Sequence record: PZ379075.1
Direction: 5' to 3' (one strand)
DNA length: 64,000 nucleotides
Source: a phage
The notes under the pieces are model-generated. The model was not told the origin of the DNA. It did no database searches and was given only the letters and a program-made list of their open reading frames with translations. The position numbers were made by a program, and so were the translations under genes. Shown here piece by piece: positions 1 to 8,150 of this stretch (position 1 is the stretch's first letter; every line of letters begins with the position of its first letter).

Positions 1-425
1 TTGAAGAACTGAAAACCTACACTTGGTTGGCTTGGAGAGATAGCCGACGAGAGATGAATAAGTAATATCGTGAAGGATTCTTACGAGAGTCCTTTGAGAT
101 AGGACTTCAGATCTCCTATCAAACTAACATTCATGTAACTAGCCCATAAGGGCGTTACCCTTTAATAACCCAGCCCACTAAGGGGGCGGGAGTTTAGTGC
201 TGGATTAGCATAACGCTTATTCCTACAAAGGCAACCGATTGTTAGGTCTTACATGCAATATTAATTAATAGGATAAGGGAGGATTCGTCCCCTCCCCCTA
301 TTCATAAACTATTAGGAGAGTACATTAGCTGATTAGCTGTGGAAGGTAGGCCGATATCTACAGCGTGGCCCAGAGCTAGTGTACTCCCCAATAACTTTAG
401 GGTAAATGTGGAACAACCTTTTAAT

Positions 426-571
426 TACAGGTATAGCTTATGGGACTCAGTAATGCAGAGTCTACGGTAAAGCAGTCGCCCGTGGTCGAATGACCGTATG
501 CCCATTGGATGCATTCCTTTGGTGATGGCTAGGGAGTCCGAGCGTAGGTTCGAATCCTACACCTGTAACCA
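426..571 (+). ncRNA. tRNA-like element (unusual or intron-containing tRNA, or tRNA 3' fragment)
   Basis: Canonical T-arm gtagg-TTCGAAT-cctac at 544-560, 3' acceptor strand acctgta 561-567, discriminator A plus CCA 568-571. The only perfect 7-nt complement (tacaggt) is at 426-432, giving 146 nt rather than about 76. A gactc/gagtc stem at 444-462 could be an anticodon-like arm. I could not fold a canonical cloverleaf by hand. Confidence 0.3.
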
Positions 572-599
572 AATTGAATAATAGCTAATTGGAGGATGT

Positions 600-911
600 A
601 TGAAAGCACGAAGAACTATATGGACTCCGATGCAGATTGAAAATCTTCGGAGACTAATCAAAGAGTACTCGGTTCAAGAAGTTGCTCAGATTATGAATGT
701 AACGGAGAATGCAGTTAACGCAGCTTGTACTAAATTCGGAATATCAAGAGCTTCAATCCGAGTTAAATGGTCTGAAGAAGAAGACCAGTTCCTTATCCGT
801 AATGCTGGGTTCATGTCTATTCAGAGAATGGCTGACATGCTCGGTAGAAGTTATGCTGCTGTACAGAACAGAGCATGTATGCACCTTAACATTAGCCTCA
901 AACTTAAATAG
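600..911 (+). CDS. putative DNA-binding regulator with two helix-turn-helix-like repeats
   Basis: ORF with GGAGG Shine-Dalgarno 5-9 nt upstream; two similar segments (VQEVAQIMNVTENAVNAACTKFGI and SIQRMADMLGRSYAAVQNRAC) resemble HTH motifs. First gene of the + module. Confidence 0.45.
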   Translation: MKARRTIWTPMQIENLRRLIKEYSVQEVAQIMNVTENAVNAACTKFGISRASIRVKWSEEEDQFLIRNAGFMSIQRMADMLGRSYAAVQNRACMHLNISLKLK

Positions 912-919
912 GAATCAAT

Positions 920-1174
920 ATGAAAGTTAACGAATTGAACAAAACTATCAAGACTGTGAAACTCCACACTCTGAAGAAGGGCGATACCTTCCGGCTGGAA
1001 GAGAACGGTCCAATTCATATGGTCTGTACTGCGGCATCTACTAATTGGGTAGAAGTTGCACGAGATCGAGTCGTGTGTGTCAGACTGGAAGATGGACACT
1101 TAAGTGGCCCCGTTGAGGGCATCTCTGTTATTCCTGTTAAGGTTGAAGCTAACGTTATTAAGGATTCTAAATGA
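920..1174 (+). CDS. small hypothetical protein, paralog 1 of a 4-gene tandem array
   Basis: 84 aa; shares with the next three ORFs the pattern L..L..G..F ... RL.DG ... V.PV; start and stop codons overlap the neighbours. Confidence 0.6.
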   Translation: MKVNELNKTIKTVKLHTLKKGDTFRLEENGPIHMVCTAASTNWVEVARDRVVCVRLEDGHLSGPVEGISVIPVKVEANVIKDSK

Positions 1175-1422
1175 AGATTACCCACAAGAAAGAAGAAGTG
1201 ACCACGATTGATCTCAACTCCCTCCCCAGCGGAGCAGTGTTTAAATTCCCTGAGAGTGCTACTCTCTATGTTAAAGGGTCTGTGTCTGAAAGTCCTAATG
1301 TAACCGTTAACTCTGATCGAACAATTACTCTTCGTCTATCCGATGGTAACGTAACAGCACCTTCTATCTGGTGCCGAGTTGTTCCTGTATCAGCAGAACT
1401 TTTGGTGGATAATACGCAATGA
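1171..1422 (+). CDS. small hypothetical protein, paralog 2
   Basis: 83 aa; ATGA overlap with upstream gene; conserved RLSDG and VVPV motifs. Confidence 0.6.
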   Translation: MKITHKKEEVTTIDLNSLPSGAVFKFPESATLYVKGSVSESPNVTVNSDRTITLRLSDGNVTAPSIWCRVVPVSAELLVDNTQ

Positions 1423-1664
1423 AAATCATCCCAAAGAAAAAGGATAATACGGTACGATTGGAAACAATCATTCCCGGAAACCCTTTCGTGGTTCAGAACG
1501 GAAGTGCCTCTCCTCAGTATTACATGAGGGTTGAAAATGCTTCTGGTAACATCCGTATAGCCAGTGGTTGGGTTCCTGTGGTAAACCTTTCCACAGGTGT
1601 GTTATCTGTTAAAGGTCTTGATGATCAGGTAGAAATGATTCGTATGTCAGTGGTTCAGGAGTAG
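1419..1664 (+). CDS. small hypothetical protein, paralog 3
   Basis: 81 aa; same family pattern; overlapping start/stop. Confidence 0.6.
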   Translation: MKIIPKKKDNTVRLETIIPGNPFVVQNGSASPQYYMRVENASGNIRIASGWVPVVNLSTGVLSVKGLDDQVEMIRMSVVQE

Positions 1665-1669
1665 TGCAT

Positions 1670-1918
1670 ATGAGCATTATTAACATTAAAGTTAAAGACA
1701 AAGAGGAAAAAATCCTCCGCGTCAGAGATCTAAATATGTCAGATGTGTTCACTCTCCAAGAGTGCCAAAATCAAAAGGTTTATATGATGACAGCTAAAAG
1801 CAGGGGTTGTCAACCTGCTGGAGCTGTTAACCTAGGCACTGGAGAACTACGTGTCATCTCTGGTGATATGGTTGTTGGTGAGAAGTTTATTAAGGCTGAA
1901 ATCATCTTAACTTCGTAG
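1670..1918 (+). CDS. small hypothetical protein, paralog 4
   Basis: About 82 aa; I prefer the ATG at 1670 (AGGAG 8 nt upstream) over the GTG at 1664; more diverged copy of the same family. Confidence 0.5.
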   Translation: MSIINIKVKDKEEKILRVRDLNMSDVFTLQECQNQKVYMMTAKSRGCQPAGAVNLGTGELRVISGDMVVGEKFIKAEIILTS

Positions 1919-1927
1919 GGAAAACAA

Positions 1928-2044
1928 ATGAGACGTAAAGCATATTCTTATGACGATATGATTAACCAGAAAGGCTTCGGTCAACGACAGCCTGACGGTT
2001 CAATTATCTGGTTCGTAAACGGACAGAAAAAGGTAGCTAAATAA
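1928..2044 (+). CDS. possible small ORF (38 aa)
   Basis: ATG-initiated short ORF in an otherwise uncovered gap; weak RBS. Confidence 0.2.
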   Translation: MRRKAYSYDDMINQKGFGQRQPDGSIIWFVNGQKKVAK

Positions 2045-2150
2045 GCCCTCTTCTCTCCTCCTTTTAGTACTATGACGCCTCTCTGTGGGCGGCCCGATTT
2101 GCGTAGGGAATTCCCTCTACGCAGCCATAATTTTTTAAGGAATTTCCCCT

Positions 2151-2384
2151 ATGTCTAAAGTAAGCGCAATCGATGCAATCCGTCAACCGTTTCAGTTCCA
2201 ATCCAAATCAACCCAAACCTTCAGCGAACCTAAGCAAATTCGCTTGGGTGGTACAGAGAAGACTGTGTTTGATCTGGCTAAAAACAAGAGCGTTACCGTA
2301 GTTGATGGTGGCACTCTGGTTAACGTTTCTCATCGCATCCGCACTGGCAAAACTGCCAAAGATCGTGCTAAGAAAGGTGAGTGA
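2151..2384 (+). CDS. hypothetical protein
   Basis: 77-aa ORF with AAGGA upstream of ATG. Confidence 0.5.
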   Translation: MSKVSAIDAIRQPFQFQSKSTQTFSEPKQIRLGGTEKTVFDLAKNKSVTVVDGGTLVNVSHRIRTGKTAKDRAKKGE

Positions 2385-2599
2385 TGATAACACTTGTGTC
2401 TGTAGTTTACAGATTACACTATCGCCTAGATAAAGGAAAATCTTATAAATGCAAGAGTAAGACAGGGAATCTATGCTCTGTAGAGAACAACTCTGGTCAA
2501 TGGGTGAATGTTCCTTGTTGCTGGTTCAGGAAAGATTTGACTAGCAAAGAGATTGACGAAATTCTTAGTGATGATTTTGTAAAATCAGGTGATTTTTAG
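2381..2599 (+). CDS. hypothetical Cys-rich small protein
   Basis: 72-aa ORF overlapping the upstream stop; several Cys (CKSK...C...CC). Confidence 0.45.
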   Translation: MMITLVSVVYRLHYRLDKGKSYKCKSKTGNLCSVENNSGQWVNVPCCWFRKDLTSKEIDEILSDDFVKSGDF

Positions 2600-2613
2600 T
2601 TGTAGTAACGCCT

Positions 2614-2634
2614 ATAGCCTTCTTCGGAGGGCTA
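2614..2634 (+). promoter_or_regulatory. stem-loop with UUCG tetraloop, no U-tract
   Basis: atagcc-ttc-TTCG-gag-ggctat directly after the 2381-2599 stop; no T-run follows, so possibly a processing or stability element rather than a terminator. Confidence 0.3.
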
Positions 2635-2790
2635 TGTGAGTTATTCTGACTCAACTAACCTAATCTTAATATATTTCCCGTATGGGGCCGATGCTAGGGA
2701 GAGGAACATTCCTCGAACATCCGTCGGATAGATATTTTAAGAGCAGGTTATCCACAGATATTGGGTAATATCTTTTTGTATTTAAAGCTT

Positions 2791-2816
2791 GACTCTTTTC
2801 GGAGAGTCCTTTTTTA
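2791..2816 (+). terminator. intrinsic terminator (UUCG-loop hairpin plus U-tract)
   Basis: gactctt-TTCG-gagagtc followed by cTTTTTTaaatt. Confidence 0.55.
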
Positions 2817-2834
2817 AATTCAACGAGAGGAAAT

Positions 2835-2987
2835 ATGTCTAAATTAGATTTAAAACTGCTAGCAGCAGCGGTAGTGATTTGTGCACTAGCACTGGTAACG
2901 CAGAGAACATCTGGATTTATTCAGTGTTTCTTTTCTGGGCAATCCACTTATCAGTGGGTTATTGACGAGTGTAAACAACAGGAGTAA
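2835..2987 (+). CDS. small predicted membrane protein (50 aa)
   Basis: ATG with GAGAGGA RBS; hydrophobic stretch LLAAAVVICALALV; below the 60-aa ORF cutoff. Confidence 0.4.
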   Translation: MSKLDLKLLAAAVVICALALVTQRTSGFIQCFFSGQSTYQWVIDECKQQE

Positions 2988-2989
2988 GT

Positions 2990-3352
2990 ATGAATACACG
3001 TCCCATCAAGGGCAACGTTAATATTGAAACTCTGAACAAGGTTGCATCAAACCTCGGTGGTATGTCCAACGAAGAGCTTGAGCAAGAACTTGCTTGGATT
3101 GCAAATGGTATCAAGGTTGCTAAAGGTAAGATTGCTCGTGAGCAAAGTAACATGAAAGCTCATAAGTATCTAATCCATCGTGCAAACGTGTTACCGGATC
3201 GGGTTGTACATCTTGCCCGTAAAAACTACGCAGAAGCAAAGAAAGCTCTGGAAGAAGCTGAGTTCCAGAAGCATCAATTTATGAACAACTATCGAAACTT
3301 CCGAGATATTCTTTATATTCGTAAGTCGATTGAGTTGATTAAAAACCAATAG
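2990..3352 (+). CDS. hypothetical protein
   Basis: 120-aa ORF with AGGAG RBS. Confidence 0.55.
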   Translation: MNTRPIKGNVNIETLNKVASNLGGMSNEELEQELAWIANGIKVAKGKIAREQSNMKAHKYLIHRANVLPDRVVHLARKNYAEAKKALEEAEFQKHQFMNNYRNFRDILYIRKSIELIKNQ

Positions 3353-3363
3353 AGGTTGGTATA

Positions 3364-4563
3364 ATGTTTCCAGTAACATTAGAAGATACTGAAGGTAATA
3401 TTTTAACAGTCAACCCTCCTTGTTATGGGTTCCTTCAGCTTCGCAACTATAACGGTGGCGTTGATGAAGACGATGAAGAGTATGATGACTACTTCGACCC
3501 TAACATGTATGAGGCAACTCATGGATGGAATATGCACGTTCGAGTGTGGCATGAAGAAGCTAACGTTCGTAGTGCTGATGGGGAAGAGTTCCTGTTAAGC
3601 CGAGAGATGGATATGTGTAAAATCAAGCATATCTGGAACTCTGGAACTCATATGAAGATGTTAGGTTTTAGACGTTGGCGTGATGAAAAGCATGTAGCTG
3701 AAGCTTTAAGTTGGTGTTCGTATGAAGATGAAGACACGCCCCCTAAGAACAACATCGAACGTTGGAACGACAAAAACCCTGAGCATCGAACCACACCTCG
3801 TGCTGTACTGGAAGCTATGGAAGCATTTGTGGACAAAGATCGTCCCTCCTGTTTACGCTGGCACGATAAAGGTTTTATGGGGGTAGCAACTGAGAATATC
3901 CCTGCTGATCGTTGTCTGTTCTATTTGATGTTAGACCGAACCTTCTATTGTGAAGATGAAGAGAGTCAAGTTGAAACCTTCCTCCATAAATGGTTGGTTG
4001 AAGGCTGGACAATCCTTCAGGCTTATGTTTACTCACGAATGGTTAGCACTTACACTAACCTCTTGGGAGAAAAGAAAGCAACTCTGGTTGGTAACGATTG
4101 GGATGCTTGTATCTTCCCAGCGTCGCTATTTACAGTCGGCATGGCTGATAAATACGCTGAAGCATTTCAAGTGCCTTGGCGTCAACAGTCATATAGAGAT
4201 GGATGCGGTCATTTCCGTGATGAAGACTTTAAGTGGATTCATTACGAGAATGATGAAACAGCAGAATTACGAGTTAACAACTCAATGTTCTTGCCAGTGA
4301 TGCACCCCGATCTAGTAAAAGACGGGTCAGAGACACTTAAAGGTGATAATCTTTTGGTTAACTTTACCCGTCGCGTGTCTAAAAATGAGAAAACAGCTAA
4401 CAGGTTAATCTACGGCATTCGTGCCGAGGCTAAAGACCTGTTCAACATCTACAACATCATTCAGCGATTTAGTAGTGGAACTCTGGACCAAAGTTCGGAG
4501 TATTCAGTGATTCCGTCCTCTGAGTGGGATGGTATTATGAGCGGATTATTTTTAGGAAAATAA
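3364..4563 (+). CDS. hypothetical protein (first gene of the amidoligase-associated cluster)
   Basis: 399-aa ORF, tightly packed with downstream genes; acidic N-terminal region; no recognisable motif. Confidence 0.6.
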   Translation: MFPVTLEDTEGNILTVNPPCYGFLQLRNYNGGVDEDDEEYDDYFDPNMYEATHGWNMHVRVWHEEANVRSADGEEFLLSREMDMCKIKHIWNSGTHMKMLGFRRWRDEKHVAEALSWCSYEDEDTPPKNNIERWNDKNPEHRTTPRAVLEAMEAFVDKDRPSCLRWHDKGFMGVATENIPADRCLFYLMLDRTFYCEDEESQVETFLHKWLVEGWTILQAYVYSRMVSTYTNLLGEKKATLVGNDWDACIFPASLFTVGMADKYAEAFQVPWRQQSYRDGCGHFRDEDFKWIHYENDETAELRVNNSMFLPVMHPDLVKDGSETLKGDNLLVNFTRRVSKNEKTANRLIYGIRAEAKDLFNIYNIIQRFSSGTLDQSSEYSVIPSSEWDGIMSGLFLGK

Positions 4564-4573
4564 AAGGTTAGTT

Positions 4574-5545
4574 ATGTCAATCTCCACAACGATCGTACCT
4601 CTTAATCTTCAACAGGATTTAGGGGAACAGAAGTTCTTAGGTCGTGGGTGCTTCGGTATCCACAACTACATGCAAGGTCAAGTCGTATATGATGTTAATG
4701 ACGAATGTGTAATGGAAGATGGGCGCCATAAACGCTTCAACCGTGACATTAACTTGCAATTGGAGATGTTGAATTACTGGACCCACTCTTTTCATGGTCA
4801 TGTTCCATCTGATATTGAAAAGAACTTGATTGAAACAGCAGACATTATGAATTCTATGTCTTGCTATCGTGATGTATTTACTATCACTTCAGCGAACAGT
4901 GTTGCTGTCAATCTTCGTGAGCATCCAGCAGATCAGATCTTCACAGGACTTATGCTCTTCCGTAGTATTCTGGAAGGGCAATATCGTGGAATGGATTTCC
5001 TAGCAGAAGGAATTGAAGACAGGGAAGAGTGGCTGAAGCGTAAACGCATCGGCATCGCTCTAGTGTTAGCTGGGTTGGGTCGTGACTTCTTCGGTGGGTG
5101 GTCTCAACGAGGAAGAGCCAATGGGAGTAGCGAGAGCACCTCTATTGTTATTAACAACAATATGTCAGCAGCAGCTTTCCTTCCTTTGGTTGTAGACTCT
5201 GATGAATATACGAAGCAAGTATGGGTTCAAAACCCCTTCGGTGTTGGCGACAATGAGAATGGTTATGTTCGTAACCACAACCAAGATGCCTTACGAAGAT
5301 TTGCTCGTGCTAAAGATCAAGACCCAGACGAGTATGAAACAATGTCAGAGTGGTTAAGACTCTGGTCCAACTGTTATGGTCACAAACGTGAAGCAATAGA
5401 CGACAAGTTGGGAAACATTACGGTACAAAACTTTACATCCCGACTGATTCAAAGAACTGGAGCAGATTCCGGTCTTACTCTTGAAGAAGTTGGTAACACA
5501 ATCTCATCTCTCTTTTCTGAACTAGTGGAGTATTACAATGACTAA
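4574..5545 (+). CDS. hypothetical protein
   Basis: 323-aa ORF; its stop overlaps the start of the next gene. Confidence 0.6.
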   Translation: MSISTTIVPLNLQQDLGEQKFLGRGCFGIHNYMQGQVVYDVNDECVMEDGRHKRFNRDINLQLEMLNYWTHSFHGHVPSDIEKNLIETADIMNSMSCYRDVFTITSANSVAVNLREHPADQIFTGLMLFRSILEGQYRGMDFLAEGIEDREEWLKRKRIGIALVLAGLGRDFFGGWSQRGRANGSSESTSIVINNNMSAAAFLPLVVDSDEYTKQVWVQNPFGVGDNENGYVRNHNQDALRRFARAKDQDPDEYETMSEWLRLWSNCYGHKREAIDDKLGNITVQNFTSRLIQRTGADSGLTLEEVGNTISSLFSELVEYYND

Positions 5546-6344
5546 GCGCAAATTTCTCATCGGCTCTGACCCTGAAATGTTCGTTCGTACTAGTAATGGT
5601 ATCATCACTTCTGTAGCCGGTTTATTAGGCTGCTCTAAGGACGATAAGATCGCTCTGGCTAAGGATGTTCGTCTCCAAGAGGACAACGTACTGGCTGAGT
5701 TTGATATTGACCCACAGAGCGGTTTTGAAGCGTTTAACGATAACATGCAACGTGGTATTGATCTCACCAATAATGTCCTGAACAAACTGGACATGGAAAC
5801 AGCTCCGGGTGTTAGCTCTCACATCTTCACTGAAGAAGAGATGAAGACCTTTAACGAATCAGCGTTCATCTTCGGGTGCACTCCTGATTTCAACGCCTTC
5901 ACTGGTCAGAAAAACCCATCCCCGACTTCTCAGAATAAGGGACTTCGTACTGCCGGTGGTCACGTACATCTTGGCGTAGTTGGTGCTTTGGATATCACTC
6001 TGCAAACTCAGATGATGCTGGGTGTGTTGTGTGACTACTTCCTGTCTCTCCCAGCAGTAATTATGGACAAAGATACTCGCCGTAAAGAACTCTACGGTAA
6101 AGCATCTGCAATCCGTTATAAAGACTATGGTATTGAATACCGTTCTCTGTCTAACTTCTGGATTAGTGATCGTGAAAACCGTAAGTTTGTTTACGATCAG
6201 GTTGACAAGGTTGTTCAGCAGTGTGATATGTCCACCCTGATGGCATTGCACTCTCGCCTTCCGATTGAGAAGCTTCATGAAATCATTAACGGGAACAACG
6301 TTAAAGAAGCTGACCAGCAGATCAAACTCCTTCAGGTAGCATAA
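5538..6344 (+). CDS. putative amidoligase-like protein, paralog A
   Basis: 268 aa; motif spacing shared with 6968-8071: acidic N-terminal motif (GSDPEMF), GGHVHLG about residue 143, GIEYRSL about residue 190. Family assignment from motifs only. Confidence 0.35.
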   Translation: MTKRKFLIGSDPEMFVRTSNGIITSVAGLLGCSKDDKIALAKDVRLQEDNVLAEFDIDPQSGFEAFNDNMQRGIDLTNNVLNKLDMETAPGVSSHIFTEEEMKTFNESAFIFGCTPDFNAFTGQKNPSPTSQNKGLRTAGGHVHLGVVGALDITLQTQMMLGVLCDYFLSLPAVIMDKDTRRKELYGKASAIRYKDYGIEYRSLSNFWISDRENRKFVYDQVDKVVQQCDMSTLMALHSRLPIEKLHEIINGNNVKEADQQIKLLQVA

Positions 6345-6353
6345 GAGGTTATC

Positions 6354-6971
6354 GTGAGCTTAGTAGCTGATTTTTCTCATTACTATAATGGTACATGGAT
6401 TGCTAAACGAGCAGGCAATATCAACCTTCCGTGTTTTGTGATTGGTGTTGAGCAGAGCGGTAACTTCCGCAGCGATGACTTCTCGCATGAAGCAGAACAG
6501 GCTCTGTATTTTGTTGTAGAGCAGTGGTACAAGAACGAGCATGGGAATCTCCGAAACACTACGATGAATATTCCAGTGTTCGACCCAACCTTGATTCTTG
6601 AATCACCTGATGTTGGTTATCTGTTCCATAACGGTAACACTGTAAGCTGGACTCATATCAACCCTGTTCGTCAGAGAGCGAAGGGTTTGATGGGTAACAA
6701 GATTCGAAACGCTCCGGGAATTGGTCGTTCGATCTCTGGTGAAATGGTTTACAGTCTGTTCAATCCTGAATTTGATGGATTGGTTACTCGTTATATTTAC
6801 ATCAATCCTACAGATGGTAAAGTGCATTATAAAGGTGCACTGGTAGGTCAGGTAGATCTGGAAGCACCTCGTGACTCTTATGGTCAACAACCGATGCGAC
6901 TTCTGGAGCATTTTCATCACATCTCTGAAAACCTTAGCAATTATAATATTACGTTGGTGGATTCGTTATGA
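6354..6971 (+). CDS. hypothetical protein
   Basis: 205-aa ORF with GTG start preceded by AGAGG; 4-nt overlap with the next gene. Confidence 0.5.
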   Translation: MSLVADFSHYYNGTWIAKRAGNINLPCFVIGVEQSGNFRSDDFSHEAEQALYFVVEQWYKNEHGNLRNTTMNIPVFDPTLILESPDVGYLFHNGNTVSWTHINPVRQRAKGLMGNKIRNAPGIGRSISGEMVYSLFNPEFDGLVTRYIYINPTDGKVHYKGALVGQVDLEAPRDSYGQQPMRLLEHFHHISENLSNYNITLVDSL

Positions 6972-8071
6972 CAACTGTAGCGCAAACTTTTGGATATCGA
7001 GAAGGTCGTTTAACTGAGGCGCATAGTTCAATTGCACTTCAGTGCGGTGTCGGTATTGAACTTGAACTCGAAGGTTCTGAACATATCGAAGCAGATATGT
7101 GGGATTGCACAGAGGATGGTTCCCTGCGTAACGGTTGTGAAATGGTATGTTCACGACCTTACAACGGACAGGAGTTGTTAGACGCTATCAACAACCTGAG
7201 TGAAGCAGTAGCTGAATCGCACGCCGAGGGGACTTGGCGTTGCTCTACTCACGTTCATATGGATATGAGGGATGCTGATAGTAATATCCTCAAGAAGACC
7301 ATCCTTGCTTGGACCTTCTATGAAAAGATGCTGTTCAAGTGTTCAGGCTACCATCGTTACCGTAGCAATTTCTGCCCTGCGTTTGCAGTGGTACAAGCAC
7401 AGGTAATGAATGCCTCTGACGCATTTAACTACGATGGTGAAGAATTCTTCAACCGTCTGGTTCGTTCATGGGATAAATATACATCTCTGAACCTTCTGCC
7501 ACTTGCCCAATACGGTTCAATTGAGTTCCGTATCAGTGAGCCTAAGTGGAAACGTGGTCAACTTCTCAATCTGGTTAACCGCTTCTTGATGTTGAAGAAG
7601 CTGGCTTTAGATAACGCAGATATGAGCAATGATCAGTTTATTGAGCACTTAAATACTGTACGATTTGCCCCAATGCTTCCTTACCTTCCTCTGGATTACA
7701 ATCTGGATGAATCTGATTTGCATTCAGGATATTGTATGGCCCGTGATGTTTTGTATTGCCGTTCTCATGAAGTAGAACAGTCTGGTCGTATTCGTTTACG
7801 TCGAACCAACTCCAACGGAGAGGCTCTTGTTGACTTACGTCTTATGTCAGACTTCTATGGCTTCCTTGGGTATGTCCGAGGGAACGCTAACAACTTGTAC
7901 CAAGAGATTTTGGTTATGCTTCGTACAGCAGACCTATCTCAAGTAAGACACGCTCCAGAACAGCGTATCCGTGCTATTTTTGACTTACTACGTGAGTCAG
8001 GTCACAGTGATAGCAATATCACAGGGTACATTCCAGACCATCTGGAAAATCAGTTAGAGCAAGCGCTGTAA
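6968..8071 (+). CDS. putative amidoligase-like protein, paralog B
   Basis: 367 aa; GIELELEG (N-terminal), STHVHMD and SIEFRIS motifs in the same order and spacing as in 5538-6344. Confidence 0.35.
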   Translation: MTTVAQTFGYREGRLTEAHSSIALQCGVGIELELEGSEHIEADMWDCTEDGSLRNGCEMVCSRPYNGQELLDAINNLSEAVAESHAEGTWRCSTHVHMDMRDADSNILKKTILAWTFYEKMLFKCSGYHRYRSNFCPAFAVVQAQVMNASDAFNYDGEEFFNRLVRSWDKYTSLNLLPLAQYGSIEFRISEPKWKRGQLLNLVNRFLMLKKLALDNADMSNDQFIEHLNTVRFAPMLPYLPLDYNLDESDLHSGYCMARDVLYCRSHEVEQSGRIRLRRTNSNGEALVDLRLMSDFYGFLGYVRGNANNLYQEILVMLRTADLSQVRHAPEQRIRAIFDLLRESGHSDSNITGYIPDHLENQLEQAL

Positions 8072-8150
8072 TCAATGGGTGCCTCTGATAAAGGGGCACA
8101 ATTTAAAGGTTAATTAGATGAAAGGGTTTACCCTTCAGGTGGATTAGAAA

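Noticed and set aside
484-495. ggtcGAATgacc resembling a tRNA T-loop
   Set aside because: It forms a 4-bp stem with a tetraloop and cannot make a 5-bp T-stem with a 7-nt loop; no matching acceptor stem.
2101-2136. Hairpin gcgtagggaattccctctacgc followed by ATAATTTTTT, a possible terminator
   Set aside because: The T-run is 8 nt from the stem and the stem has an internal bulge, so it is too weak to call; it may be a palindromic protein-binding site instead.
5522-6278. Minus-strand ORFs (5522-5794, 5625-5822, 5859-6278) inside + strand genes
   Set aside because: Antisense shadow ORFs within well-supported + strand coding regions; no RBS, and they conflict with the uniform strand polarity of the module.
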